Assembly (NCBI GenBank): GCA_040954595.2
Contig: CM082582.2
Span: 12,272,415 to 12,336,414, forward strand
Reading direction: 5' to 3'
Source of the DNA: Balanoglossus misakiensis
Lineage: Eukaryota > Animalia > Hemichordata
DNA: 64,000 nt
Shown: piece after piece, positions 35,701 through 47,934 of the stretch
Layout of the letters: each line of letters starts with the position of its first letter
Numbering within the stretch: the stretch's first letter is position 1
Made by a program: the position numbers and the translations under genes
The notes under the pieces: generated by a model
What the model was told of the DNA's origin: nothing
Seen by the model: the letters and a program-made list of their open reading frames with translations, nothing else
The model's database searches: none

Positions 35701-36391
35701 CAAACTCCTCATACCAAGACCGACGAGTTCGTCATCAAGCAGTCGTAGTAGTAGCCCACCTGTTAAACCAAAGGAGCCAACCAAGCCTGAAGCCCTTCCC
35801 GTGTACGATCCGGTCACCGGTAAGAGAATCAGGAAAGTCGCAGCGCAAACAGACAAACCAGGCGAGCAGACAAACCAGGCAAGCATCAAGCCAGCTGCCA
35901 TCAGGCCTGGAGTGAAAAGACCAAGTGCACAAGACGAGAATTCTCAAGATCGAGACATGCTACAGCAAGTGTACAGAAGGCAGCCAAGCATCTCTGAGAC
36001 CATCAATCCGCTGTACAGTTTTTCTTCAGAAGAGCTTGAAGATATGGACAAGGAGGTTGAAGATATCTTTGGAGACAGTGACAGTGAGAGAGAGCGTGAG
36101 TCAGATTCTTCACCCAATAGTGATCAAGAAATACTTGGAAGCAAAACAAAGCCACCTTCATCTTCAAGTGAAGAGAGTTTATCAGGAGAGCATCCCAGAG
36201 GATGGAGGAAGAAGAAACGTCACCGTGCTGTGGAAGACGATGAAGATGAGAACACCAAGGCTGCAAAGTTAGGACGGGGTCACCGTGACAGCAGTTCCAG
36301 CGCTGGATTGAGTGAAGAAGACATCAGTAGTGATGAAGACAAAATGGCCGCCGCTATTGATGATCTACTTACGTACAGCAAGAAGTTGTAG
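32781..36391 (+). CDS. CTDP1: RNA polymerase II CTD phosphatase FCP1
   Basis: Exons 32781-33013, 33207-33290, 33567-33657, 33828-33953, 34112-34359 and 34627-36391, all GT-AG with matching phases. Motifs: biotinyl-like N-terminus, CTHPTVMKDMCAECG, catalytic DLDQT, IIDDREDVW, BRCT (THVVAA...VTPDWLW) and an acidic C-terminus ending MAAAIDDLL. Confidence 0.95.
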
Positions 36392-37573
36392 CCAAAAACA
36401 ACGCGAAGACTGCATTGAACAGTGAACATCAATCAATGTATATATTTAGGGTTAATAGTTTGAATACATGTATTTTCCTTGCTTTCTGTCGACAGGTACA
36501 AAACACAGTATTGTAGTAAGTTGAGTGGCTGTGTATCAGTATAAAGCATAGTGAGTTGCTCAAATTGTAATTTTTTCCTCACATATATTCAATAGCGACT
36601 TTTGTTCGGCAGAGAGGATAGGCGACAGAACTGATTTTTGCATCTTCTTTCATCATTAAAATCCCTTGGCTATTTATCAAATAGCGGTATTTCACCAAGT
36701 TTCCTGCAGTCTGTGTTATGATGACTGAAAACAACAGTAAAACCCCACCCTGTAGAACTCAGAGTACAGAACTTTCCCTTTGATATTCAGTACAGGAGCA
36801 GCAGCATCTACTCTTATTTTGAATTATTCAGGACTGCTCCAAACTTCTTTTCTTGAGTCAATGTATTTTCTTACTATAAAAATTGTAACTAAACTTTTTG
36901 ATATGTACATGTAGGATATTTAAAATACTTTACAGAACAAAATATGTAGCATTGGTACAGTTTAATGTCTTAAAAAGTTTAGCGATATATATTTTTTGAG
37001 AGGTTCAAAAGAAAAATATGATAATCTTTCAAGGCAGTGTATATGTATGTACAGAGTAATTGTGTGTTAATAGATTAAACTTTTACTTTTTCATGTGTAT
37101 GCTTAAATTCGATAGAACTGTGATTGGTTATTTGGTAGCTGTTATTCTACACAATGTGATGCTATATATTGTGTACATGGATGTGTAGCCAATCACAGGT
37201 AATATAACATAGGTATACATTAGATCATGCAGGAAATTAAACAGTTTCACTTCAAAGTGTGTCATTTATATACAGCACAGTCCCCTCTATCACATGTGAT
37301 AGAGTGAATGTGTACACAGTTAAATCAAGAACATCTTCCAAAGACAGGACATGTTTTTTTAAATGTTGAACGGTCTATATTTTGCAGTTTATCAAAGCAT
37401 ATGGAATAATCTCGTAAGAATGCAGTAGCATGCATGTGACATAGATGATAGACATAACTTAATCTTACATGTACATTCCAATTTGTGATGTCAGAATTTT
37501 GAATCTTCATTCTCCCTTTTTAAAATCCATTATCTGACTGTAAATGAAATAGTGAACCTTTTACAACTTTTGG

Positions 37574-37656
37574 TATTTCTATGAAATGTTATCAAATACA
37601 TGTAGAATAATACTCTTCGTATTTCTATGAAATGTGATTGAATACATTGTAGAATG
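37574..37656. repeat. Imperfect two-copy tandem duplication of about 46 bp
   Basis: tatttctatgaaatgttatcaaatacatgtagaat recurs as tatttctatgaaatgtgattgaatacattgtagaat. Confidence 0.6.
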
Positions 37657-37772
37657 TATGGTCAATTAACAGTGGTGATCAGTTGTCTTATATTGTGTTG
37701 GTGAATGGGTTAATACAGTGTGGTTGCTAAGCAAGTTTTCTAAGAGTACCAGAACTCAGGCTAGGCGTGTGC

Positions 37773-37787
37773 ACGCCCTCTAGTGGT
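37773..37787 (-). promoter_or_regulatory. Candidate CTCF site between the convergent CTDP1 and MRPS17 3' ends
   Basis: The reverse strand reads CCACTAGAGGGCGT, matching the CTCF core CCASYAGRKGGCR. Confidence 0.4.
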
Positions 37788-38273
37788 AAAAGTCACCATG
37801 TTGGATGGGCAAGGATGTATTATTTCTTCTACAAACTTGGTGATTACGTTTTTCTTGCATAAGGTCTGTACTCTGGTAAGTGTGGCAGTGGTTCTCTTTT
37901 ATAAATCAATATTGATAATTTTGTCTTATGAAATTTCATATACCAACCTCCAGAAAATACACAATGTGGATTGATACAATCCTAGTAGAATGAACACGGA
38001 CTATAAATGATTCGGATCTGGACAAATTTATTTTTAATCGAAAGCATCTGTCATAAACACACAAGAAAATGCCACTTCCAAGGGGCAAGACGCAAATGGT
38101 AAAAATTCATTTGGTAGTTTTGCAAAAGTAAAAATCTGGAGGCTTCTGAAGTTCTGTGTCTTCAACATGTTGTACACATCCTGAAATTAGCCTGGGTTAA
38201 ACTGTTGGGCCTGCTGACACACTTCAAGAACCAGTGGATAACAAATGGCAAACGTTCACGCATTATCTGTTGA

Positions 38274-38819
38274 TCAAACTGGAGTTCCCTCATTCTGTTC
38301 ACTTTCTCTCTTCAAATCAAGTCGGTTGATATCTTTGGTGACTTGCTCCATGTCAATGTTACGCATTATTTCACCACTATTCATTCCAGAGTCCATAACA
38401 TCATCAAGGTAGGAGAAATGTGTACATCTTCTCCCTGTTACAGGATCAACAGTCCTCCCAACTTCATATACAATCTTCTCAAGTGAATGGTTAATCAGCT
38501 TTGATCTTGGTACAGGTAATTCCTTAATAAGCACCACATCGCCTGCTTTGAGTTCTTTACCTTCATCAACATGCACATAGCAGACTTTAGCTTTGTTGAA
38601 ATACTGCAATGAAACACACACACAGCATTAGTGTCATAATCAAAATGTGATGCCAGAAAGCTACATGGCTGCTATGTTAGTGATGAAGAGTGACCTTACC
38701 TTCATAACATACTCATCAAGCTCCAAGTTCAACACCTTAACTTTCGCCGTCCGATCGACAGCCTTCCCAAACACCTGGCCGAGAAGAAGCCTTAGTTTTT
38801 GGGGAAGTTGCTGTGCCAT
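38274..38819 (-). CDS. MRPS17: Mitochondrial small ribosomal subunit protein uS17m
   Basis: Exon 38819-38700 (MAQQLPQKLRLLLGQVFGKAVDRTAKVKVLNLELDEYVMK) joins exon 38603-38274 (YFNKAKV...GDVVLIKELP...GRTVDPVTGRRC). This is an S17 fold with the mitochondrial DPVTG motif. Confidence 0.9.
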
Positions 38820-38968
38820 TTACAGGAACGAAATAAGCAAAACCAACAATATTTTCTTGAGTTGAGATGGGAGCGAGCGCAGATCAAGAGTAGCCCGATC
38901 ACATGTGGGATTAAGGTGAAAGGTTACGACGCGTGCGCAATAACAGAACTGTACCTGCAATCGACAAG

Positions 38969-41882
38969 ATGGAGCAGACGGAAGAGAAGGGAATGTCAAT
39001 ATTTGTGGACGTAAGTACACGTACCAACTGCATGACTAGACAATTTATGTCTGCACAATGTAGGCGATGAGCTTGGACTAAGAGACACCATCAATCCCAT
39101 GAAAACTTTTCCCTAATTGGGATTTTGCGTTTACGATTACGAGTCTGTGTACACTATGGCAAACTAGCTGCAGAGAGGGGCGTGGCCTACTTGCACAGAA
39201 TGACAATCACAAATGCCTAGATTTTCAATGTATTTATATATTACTAGCATTAGTATGCAGTGCACTACATGTATTTTGTATGTATCTGCATTGGAGTACC
39301 ACAGGGTAATGTTACCCAAGAGGATTTGCCTCAAGAAACCAACGCATACTGTCAGTGTCAGTGTCAACATCTGTTACTTTTATTAGTAAATTTCATATAA
39401 GTGTTTGTTGATGGCAATTATACTACACCTTTCCTCCTCAATTGTATTTTTTTTGCTTCTGTAGGTTTTTAGAAGAGCGGACAAAAATGGTAATCTGTGT
39501 TTAGTAGTTGTTAAATAGTTTGTAGTAGTAGTTATTGTTAAATTTGTTTTAAATGCTGTACTATATTGCTGAAACACTTGGTCTGGGGATGAGGGGAAAC
39601 TTACCATAGTTTGTATTTCAAGGTGTACCAACATTTGTTCAGATAGCAAGATTGTTTGATCTTATTCTGAATTTGTGAAGAAGTAACACTATTATTTTTG
39701 ACTAAATTTATTTCAGATGACAATGCGCTGTCTTGGGAAGAATTCCAGTCATTCTTTTCAGATGGAATTCTAGACACAGAGGAATTAAACAAATTATTTC
39801 ATGAGATTGATACCCATAACACAAATAATATTGACATTGGTGAATTATGTGGTGAGTTTAATCCTATCTTTTATACGACAATAGTGTGGGGTAGGGTTAC
39901 ATGTTAGAGCAGCTCAGCCATTCAATCATAGATGCTGTGATTAATTCTTCATGGTGTCCTAATTGTGTTGTCACGTTTGGTTTACCAGCCTATTTCTCCC
40001 AGCATCTTGGTCCATTCAGGAAAATCTTTGCAGCATTGGAGGATGTCTCAGAATCCATTACTAAAGCTTTACAAGACACCGCCAAGGTATTGTATGAGTA
40101 TTTTCATGTACATCCATAGATTTGTTTCAAACTATACCCTAATGAACACAATAGTAGTACATTCATAATTGTACAGAAACTCAGATAGCTGCAGAGTCTT
40201 TTGACAGTTTACTTGTGTGTGTTTATTCATCAGACTTATCCAGAGGCGTCTTTCAATGCACAATTCAGCACCAGGTTTCTGCTGAAAGAAGTGATGAATC
40301 AGTTGAGTGCTCAGCAGTATCCGATAGATGCAGCATCAGATCACATGGAACAAGAGGCACTCAAAGACAGGTACGACTAGGTCCAAGTTACTTTGATATA
40401 GCATGTATTGGTAAGTAGGATCTCCCTGGACATTTGGATCTGAGTGCTTGTTAATTACTTTGAACATCAGATTAACTGATTCTTTGTACTTGTATTGTTT
40501 TATTCCCCAACAGACCAACGAAGCCACAGGCAGAGCGTGTTGACACTAACGTTCCATCTAAAGCTGGATGGATCAAAAGACGTGAACGGCAGAAAGCATT
40601 CTCTACTCAGACCAGCGTTCCATATGAAGGTAGGAGAGATGAAGAGTAGTGACCACCGACTGCAGAGAGCTTGGCATGTACAATGCCCATGGCATTTCTG
40701 TAGTTTTTGTTGCTCAATTTATTCATTGATATTAAAACGAGCAAGTAACTGTTTTACTGAAAGTAACTTTGGCCTTCAGAAAGGAAGGACTAAGATCACA
40801 CAAAATATTCTTCAGCATTGAGATAATCCTGAATATGTCACATTCTTTTATCAGGTCTGGTTGGATTGTCATCTCAGGTGGAACGTCTGCAGTCATTGGT
40901 TGACAAACTAGAACACAAAGTGACCTTCGACCCAGTGGATGAAGAGATTGTAACAGAAGATGATGAAAATACTGTAAGTACCGGTCGGTATTTGAATTGT
41001 CTCACTGTACAAGGATTACCAAGTGTTAGCTTTGGAACCTAAGTTCACACAACCCCTCAAGTCAAATTGAACATTTGTGTCTTTGAATGTAGGTTGTATT
41101 GGTATCTCGTGACTTGGCAGTGAATGAGGCAAAAGACAAGGAATTCAGGAGTGGTCTTACTACTTATGTAGAAGCACTGGCCAAAGTGGATGGGTGTTTA
41201 AAGTAAGCAAGTCATTATAGAATTTTATTACTGAGTTTGGTAAATTTCTAAATAGTGGATACCATGTGGTTATGTGTTGAGTTGTCTGGTCTTGCTTTTG
41301 TGATTTCTGTTTTAGACATCAAAATGTGATGAGATGCTCATATTCTGATTGCTTTATGATTTTTCCCCTTCCACAGTATCAGCGTTCGGAAATACTCTGA
41401 CACTAACCACTTTGTGCTGTATGAAATATTTGATTCCAATGACACATGGAAAAGGTAAGGAGAGAGTCACAACAATTGCATTTCTGCAGGATCCTAATTT
41501 CTGTGATCAACCACAATGTGTGAGAAGATTATCTGTGTTGGTGATTCATCCAGGTTTCTCCTCTTTTTTTAATCCATACTTTTTTCATTTGCCAGTCACT
41601 TTGCCAGCAAAATATCCAGAACATTCCAGCATAACAATATTGACTGCTTGGAAAAGCCAGAATCCATGAACACTATGAATATTCCAGGTGAGTCGGGAGA
41701 ACCGAGTTGTTTAGTGACATTGGCTTTCTTTGGCAATTGTTGTGTAGTTATCTTACTTTCCCTGGAAGAAATCATACTGGGAAAGATTCATGTCATTGAT
41801 TATAAAAGATATGTGGACTTTATGATACTGACTCATTTTTATTTCCCTATTTTCAGCCAAGTGGATGGAAGAAAAGCGATAG
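38969..41882 (+). CDS. NECAB1: N-terminal EF-hand calcium-binding protein (EF-hands plus C-terminal ABM domain), about 11 exons including a 25-nt microexon (39465-39489)
   Basis: Spliced product MEQTEEKGMSIFVD|VFRRADKN|DDNALSWEEFQSFFSDGIL...FHEIDTHNTNNID...|YFSQHLG...|TRFLLKEVMNQL...|SRTFQHNNIDCLEKPE...IPAKWMEEKR*. It is probably co-orthologous to vertebrate NECAB1/2/3. Confidence 0.9.
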
Positions 41883-42605
41883 ATGCTGCATGGAAGCTGA
41901 AGTGTGTTGTTTCCACAAAGTCCAACATTCTGATATAAATAGATGCAACTTTGAGAAAAGTTTTATGCAACATTCTGAAATATTCAGGTTATTTACTCTA
42001 AACAGCCAACTTCGGCCAATTTATTTCCAGTGAATATATAGAATAATTGTATCTCCCATAAAGTATGCATACTAGAAGGTGCCAACATTAGTGATTGTTA
42101 AACTCATATTATATCAACTGTGAATGAAGATTTCACATCTATAGGCTACCTGTGTGTACAGGTAAACAGGCATACATATTTGCTTTCTACACAAGTTTCC
42201 ATCCATTTCCACATTTATAACCTCAGATTTTAGTTTCAATCTAAGATACTAAGATTATCCTCTTTGTAGCTTTTTAAGTTCTTTTTAAATATTCAACTAA
42301 CATATTTTCACGTTCAAGTTTACACATAATGTTCTATGCATTAAATTACAATTCGTCAAACTGTAGACTGTCGAGAAAAACACTGATATGACCAATAATA
42401 GCTTTATTTTTTGCTTCCTTTTTTATTTTATTTTTTGCATTTCACTCTGTAAATGTTTAACAAGTAAAGATTTATTTAATCACAATGATTTTGACTGGCT
42501 AGTTATCCTGGTTTTAACTTTGTAAATATTGCTAGAATTGTACAGTTTATGGAGTAAGACACAAGACTTGATAAACTGTGAGATCGAATTCTTGAAAGTG
42601 GCGTC

Positions 42606-42661
42606 TGATTGGTCCACACAGCGGACGCGTCACGTTGTTGCAGTGACAACGCATGACGTCA
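42606..42661 (+). promoter_or_regulatory. Compact promoter module: inverted CCAAT box, RFX X-box-like site and perfect CRE
   Basis: ctgATTGGt at about 42605-42613, GTTGCAGTGACAAC at 42637-42650 and TGACGTCA at 42654-42661, all within 150 bp of the ATG at 42748. Confidence 0.55.
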
Positions 42662-42747
42662 CACGTAATTCGAGTAGTTCCACCCTCAGAAGTGACGACA
42701 CCAATGGAACGCGAATCTCCTAAGTGTTTTCCAGATCCACGTATTTC

Positions 42748-44985
42748 ATGAAAACACGCTCATCGGAATTTACGATGCCGGATGGAAAAAGCGCCACCGC
42801 TAAAAGTACCTACAGAAGCGAGTATAAAGCAGGTCCTCGTCTACCGCCTGTCTACCATCACCACCAGTTGCCATCCTTGACGTTGAAAGACGAACCGACT
42901 CTTCAACCGCGACAGTTTCCGATCGAACCCATCGGGCCGCATCGTAGACTAAAGAAAGAGTTCGAAAGTGGAGGGCCAGGACTCGGTCTTGGTACCAAAA
43001 AACTACCAACAATAAAGTAAGTTTGAAGCAAGTTACTTCCATGGTAGAGAATTACTCTGAGAAGTCTGGATGTTTCTCTGATTTTCGAGAAACTTGTCAA
43101 AAAGACGACCAAGAACTTTTATGCGCTATGCACTATTCATCCCTACACAAGACTATAAGATTTGTTATTCTTCATTCCAATAGATTTACACGGCACCAAA
43201 ACTTAATACCACTTTGTTCGCACCGCTTTCAACTTCGCGTATCCATCGATACCACTAGCATTGTAACGTAGGTGTAGATCCAGCCCGGAAATCCGAATAT
43301 TGTTCAAATGTAATGGAAAGTCGATAAAGTAAAGGATTCCGGATTTGTTATTTTTGTTTCGCTCATTGATTTGTCACAATTTCACACTGAGAATGGAATG
43401 ACACTATTCAAAGTGATTTCGATCGCCCAATTAGAATATGTTCTTCTTTGTATTTTTCTTTTCAAATTACTAAATCAGGTTCTTCTGTCCATGAAAATGA
43501 GTTAAACGGCAATATGAACCTTGTTCTTCGTACTGAGAAAACGGCGGAATCTGAATTCGCTTCTGAGTTCATACTTGTCTCTTCACAGGTTTCTTGACCC
43601 CAAACCAATTGTACGGACGCAGGCGCCACAGGATATCATGAACGAACTGCCCCCTCCGTTACCAACTCGCAAACTTACAAAAATATTACCGGAGAATTTC
43701 AAAACTTCGTCCAGGCTAGACATGGATATGATCGATGAATTGAGCAATGCCTTCAAATGGACTACGACATCACGACAACTGATGAAAGAAGCCACCATGT
43801 CAGTGACGAATGTAAGAATTTATCTGTCTACACACCATCATAAAGTTTGCGCGAACCATATGTACTCATGTTCACACTGGAAATAATCAATTTGTTCATA
43901 ATAGCTTTGCATTTTTACTTTCAAAATGTAGAGTTCACTAAGAAATAAAGTTTAGTTTGTGCTCTCTTTCGCAATGAGGATTGCAACCTGAATGATTTCA
44001 CGTTCATCTCTCTCTCTCAAGATTCCTCCGCCGAAGACAACGCTGGAACTCAACGCTGATGTCATCAAATATCGACCAATAAGATACGAACCGGCACCTG
44101 ACGATTGGCAGAGAGTTGCCCCGGTCTGGGATAAGATACAGACGCGAAGTCAGACAGAAAGCAAGGAATCGCCGTGCCCACGGAAGAATCGTAATAACAA
44201 GTTAGTGTTCAGTCCGTAATCTATATTGAAGTTTTATTTTATTTCTAGTAGTCGTGTATTGCCAGGGGAGGACGAAGGGATGTTGGGATAGGAAGGTTTT
44301 CAGTGCAACACAACGGTAACCATGGAATCCTGATTGTTTCTGTTTAATCATCAGATCTAAAGGCAAAACCACAGATATTGACGTTGATAACAAAATCCGT
44401 GATTTAGTAAGAACTGGGAAAATTTCAACGCATTTGTAAGTATTGTGTTATCAATCGTATCAAACTCACATGTTCTGTGTAAACTAGAAACGGTGTGATC
44501 TGACGTTTCCTAACGTTCCCAGAAATGATCCTTGTGGATTTTTTGAAATTGCGTTCAGAATATGTTTACCTTTAATTGAATCATGCTGCCAATAAAACTT
44601 AGGCCTACATGTCATTTACAGTGTCCGTCCGTGTCCAGGCTACGCTGGATTTGTACCACGTTCCCAGGTGGAAGCGCCTCTTCACCAAAACCATGTGGAT
44701 TTGCGAACAAGCAGCACGCAAAGAGCATGTTACAGGTATAGGATCATTTGACTCATCTCGAGATCCAAAGTGTAATGTGAAAATTGGAACTATGTCACGA
44801 TGACGCAAGTTTTCTGTATCTTCATCCACAGATCGTTTCCGCAAGATGTATACGCCACACATGAGAAGAAGTTTGCACACAAAGCGCCGTTCTCAGGCAC
44901 AGTTACCCTGACCTATCCATTCAACCCGTTCAACAAAGTGGAGTGCAGGAAGTTTTTCGACAATGGTATCGACAGACCGTGGTAG
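42748..44985 (+). CDS. Sperm/ciliary microtubule inner protein, SPMIP7 (SPATA48)-like, about 6 exons
   Basis: Spliced peptides ...STYRSEYK...|FLDPKP...FKWTTTSRQ...|IPPPKTTLELNAD...RYEPAPDDWQRVAPVWDKIQTR...|VRPCPGYAGFVP...SSTQRACYR|...HKAPFSGTVTLTYPFNPFNK. PGYAGFVP and STYRSEY are MIP-type motifs, and the VTL..P.NPFNK end resembles SPATA48 from memory. Confidence 0.65.
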
Positions 44986-45375
44986 AAGCACATGGCCTGT
45001 ACTAGTTTATATTTCAGTTGCATATGGGGCCTATATACAACTGACATATTTTCTCTGGGGATAAAAATCTCTTGAATAAACGTGTTACTTTTAAAGCAAC
45101 ATCGTGTAGGCCCTATCGTTAATGTATCTTGTATCGTGAAAGTTTTCATGGATGACCCACAGATTATGACTCAGGGTACTGGAGGATATCGATTTAGGGC
45201 CTATAATAAAAACACTTCGAACGACGCTTCTTGGGTTTGTTGATCTTTTATTAGATGAAATACATTTTTGTTCTTCATTGACAAAAGTGATTTTTATCAG
45301 CACTCAATTTATGGTGAAATAGCTATTAATAAAATAACCATATAATTGATCCATGTACTATTTTGCAATCGTAGT

Positions 45376-46230
45376 TTAGAATGGAAAAAATGTTGTCCAT
45401 GTCTTCAAATATTCACTTTTCAAAACATCATCGATCGTTACTCGTTTTACTTCATCTGGATTAAGCATCATTTCCAGTAGTTTCCTCGCAGATTGAGGAA
45501 GTTTCTCCAAATTAGCGCACACCGGAATGTTTCCGCTTAGTTGCTCTTGCAACTGCACTCTGGGATTGGTGTCATCGTAAGGCATCATGCCCGTCAGTAA
45601 AATATACAACACGACTCCAAGGCTCCACACGTCAGCTGCTCTCGGGTTATACGGCTTGCCTTGGATTACCTCCGGCGAGCAGTACGCTGTCGACCCGCAA
45701 AACGTTTCACTGAGAACACCGTCATCGCAGAACCGAGAGAAACCGAAGTCGCATATCTTCACGTGAAGTTTCTCATCCAGTAGGATGTTTTCGCATTTCA
45801 AATCACGGTGGGCGATGTTGTTCTTGTGACAGTATCTAACCGCATCAACTAATTCGCGGAAGATCTTCTTCGAGGTTCTTTCTGGCAAAGTGCCGCTTTT
45901 CTGAACGAAACTTAGAAGATCACCTTTTTCGGCCTTTTCCATCACCATGTAGATTTTTTCCTTGCTTTCAATGATATCATATGTATGAATTATATTCTTG
46001 TGGTCTGCTCTACTGATGATTTCTAATTCTCTGGGGAGGAATTTCTTCTGTTTCTGAAGTGGTTTGCCAGATTTGCGTTTGGTGATTATTTTCACTGCCA
46101 CCGATTCACCGGATGCTCGGTAAAACCCTGCCTTAACTTTAGCATAGGCTCCTTCCCCGATTACATTATCCTCTTCAATTACTACGCCGAATTCGAATAA
46201 AACTTGAGTGTCTGTGTCGGAAAGCATCAT
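45376..46230 (-). CDS. Testis-specific serine/threonine kinase (TSSK family), intronless
   Basis: Complete kinase domain: GEGAYAKVK, VAVKII, KFLPRELEI (TSSK-typical), HRDLKCENILL, DFG, SETFCGSTAY, DVWSLGVVLY, MPYDD. First ATG at 46230. Confidence 0.9.
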   Translation of the reverse strand: MMLSDTDTQVLFEFGVVIEEDNVIGEGAYAKVKAGFYRASGESVAVKIITKRKSGKPLQKQKKFLPRELEIISRADHKNIIHTYDIIESKEKIYMVMEKAEKGDLLSFVQKSGTLPERTSKKIFRELVDAVRYCHKNNIAHRDLKCENILLDEKLHVKICDFGFSRFCDDGVLSETFCGSTAYCSPEVIQGKPYNPRAADVWSLGVVLYILLTGMMPYDDTNPRVQLQEQLSGNIPVCANLEKLPQSARKLLEMMLNPDEVKRVTIDDVLKSEYLKTWTTFFPF

Positions 46231-47934
46231 ACATTTTCGCAAAAGATTTCACATCTTGTTAAAATGAGACGAAGCATGAATGTTTGTGGCTGAATTTTTA
46301 GATGAGAGCATTGTGCCCGGAGAATGATGTCATCAATGGTGAGTGAACTTCGACCTAGTTTAAGTTGCCGCGATGAATGTTGGGAAATATATAAGTTTCA
46401 GGAGCAGAATCTCGCGGTATTTCGTGTGAGTTCGAACCACTGACTGATGAACGCATGAAATTACACAGAGGATATGGTACACTGGAAAATTGTCAAAATA
46501 TGACGTTTTCTTGCGTTTATGTGAGAATAGCACCAAACGAAAGCCCAAAACCTTGTGTACGACTCTAGCCATAGCACAGTGTGCGGTTCTTCGATTATTA
46601 TTGCTGAGTTAGGTGGACAATCAATCACACGCTTGTTCAGGGAATTTTGAAACCCCCTTCAAGTTGTGTACATCTGAAAAAAAACAGCATTTTCACGATA
46701 TCCAGAGAAGACTATCTTTTCCCCGACAGGTATAGTCGTCTATAATTACTAATTTGAAGAAAAGTTTATATATATTTTAAGTTTAACAGCGAATTGTTTC
46801 AAATATTCAAGAATAAGCATACAACATAATACCAAAGATATTGACACAGCCTGTAAGTGTAAGGGGGGCAGCTTGTATTCGAAGTTTTGATTGGTCGTTT
46901 TCATTGCTGTCTGGTGAATTTACGGATGTTAGTTCCGTGCCACAAAGAGTATGGTTCCTTTGCTAATATAACTGTATGAGACAAAGCACAATAACCATGT
47001 GACTTTTTTCATTTTAATTGTTCAACAACAGATACGCAAAGTGTTTGGAAGACTGTAATAGATCCCACGGTCACTGTGCAACATACACTATGAAACAGGT
47101 AAGGACATTTGATGTGCTTCTTCACAGTCATACGTGTTCAGATTAAAATGTAAGTCACCTATTACAAAAAGATTTGGTACCGCCCTCAATATCGTGTACA
47201 GCTTCACTTCCACAACTAATACGTAAACTTATTATCTTTCCAGTCAGAATGAAACTTGTGAAAGAAATGTACGTATCAGGACAATAAACAGTGACCATGG
47301 AAATGTCGTAAAGGTATGTTGAAAATGTACAATGCGGGAAATGAAACATGGAAACACTGCTGTTGCATATACCTAATTTCAAAGATTTTATTTCGATAAC
47401 TGCAATCGGAGAAATCCTATTTACATGTATCAGAAAACATCATTCAATGACATTATTAAAATTATGCAAAAATGAATGACCATTTCTCTTTAACATTAAC
47501 TAATGTGCTATCACTGTCAGAGATAACTGAGTGTATATGAAATCACAAAGAAAGCAAAATCTGAGAGACAACATACAAATTGTATTCTCTTTGGTTCATA
47601 AAGTCTCATTTGTTTGAAAAGTCTTCTGTTATCCAACCCATCTACTCTGAGTTTCTCAATGCCTACAGTGAATGGCTAAGTTACAGCATGCCTATAGAGT
47701 TACATGTATTACATTTGTGCGCTGGTTAGTCTATGCAAAAGTTCAACAAAGTCAATGATTTTCAGCTCGAGAAGTAATAGCAGCTGATGAACTGTAAAAG
47801 ACAGAACTATGCACCTCAGTAAAAATAAATACTTCAAAGTTTTCCATCTGCATGTGATGAAGTGTGTTATTGCATGTTGGTGAGTGATGTCACGAATTTG
47901 AAATACATGTACCTGGTATTCATTGAGGAGATTT

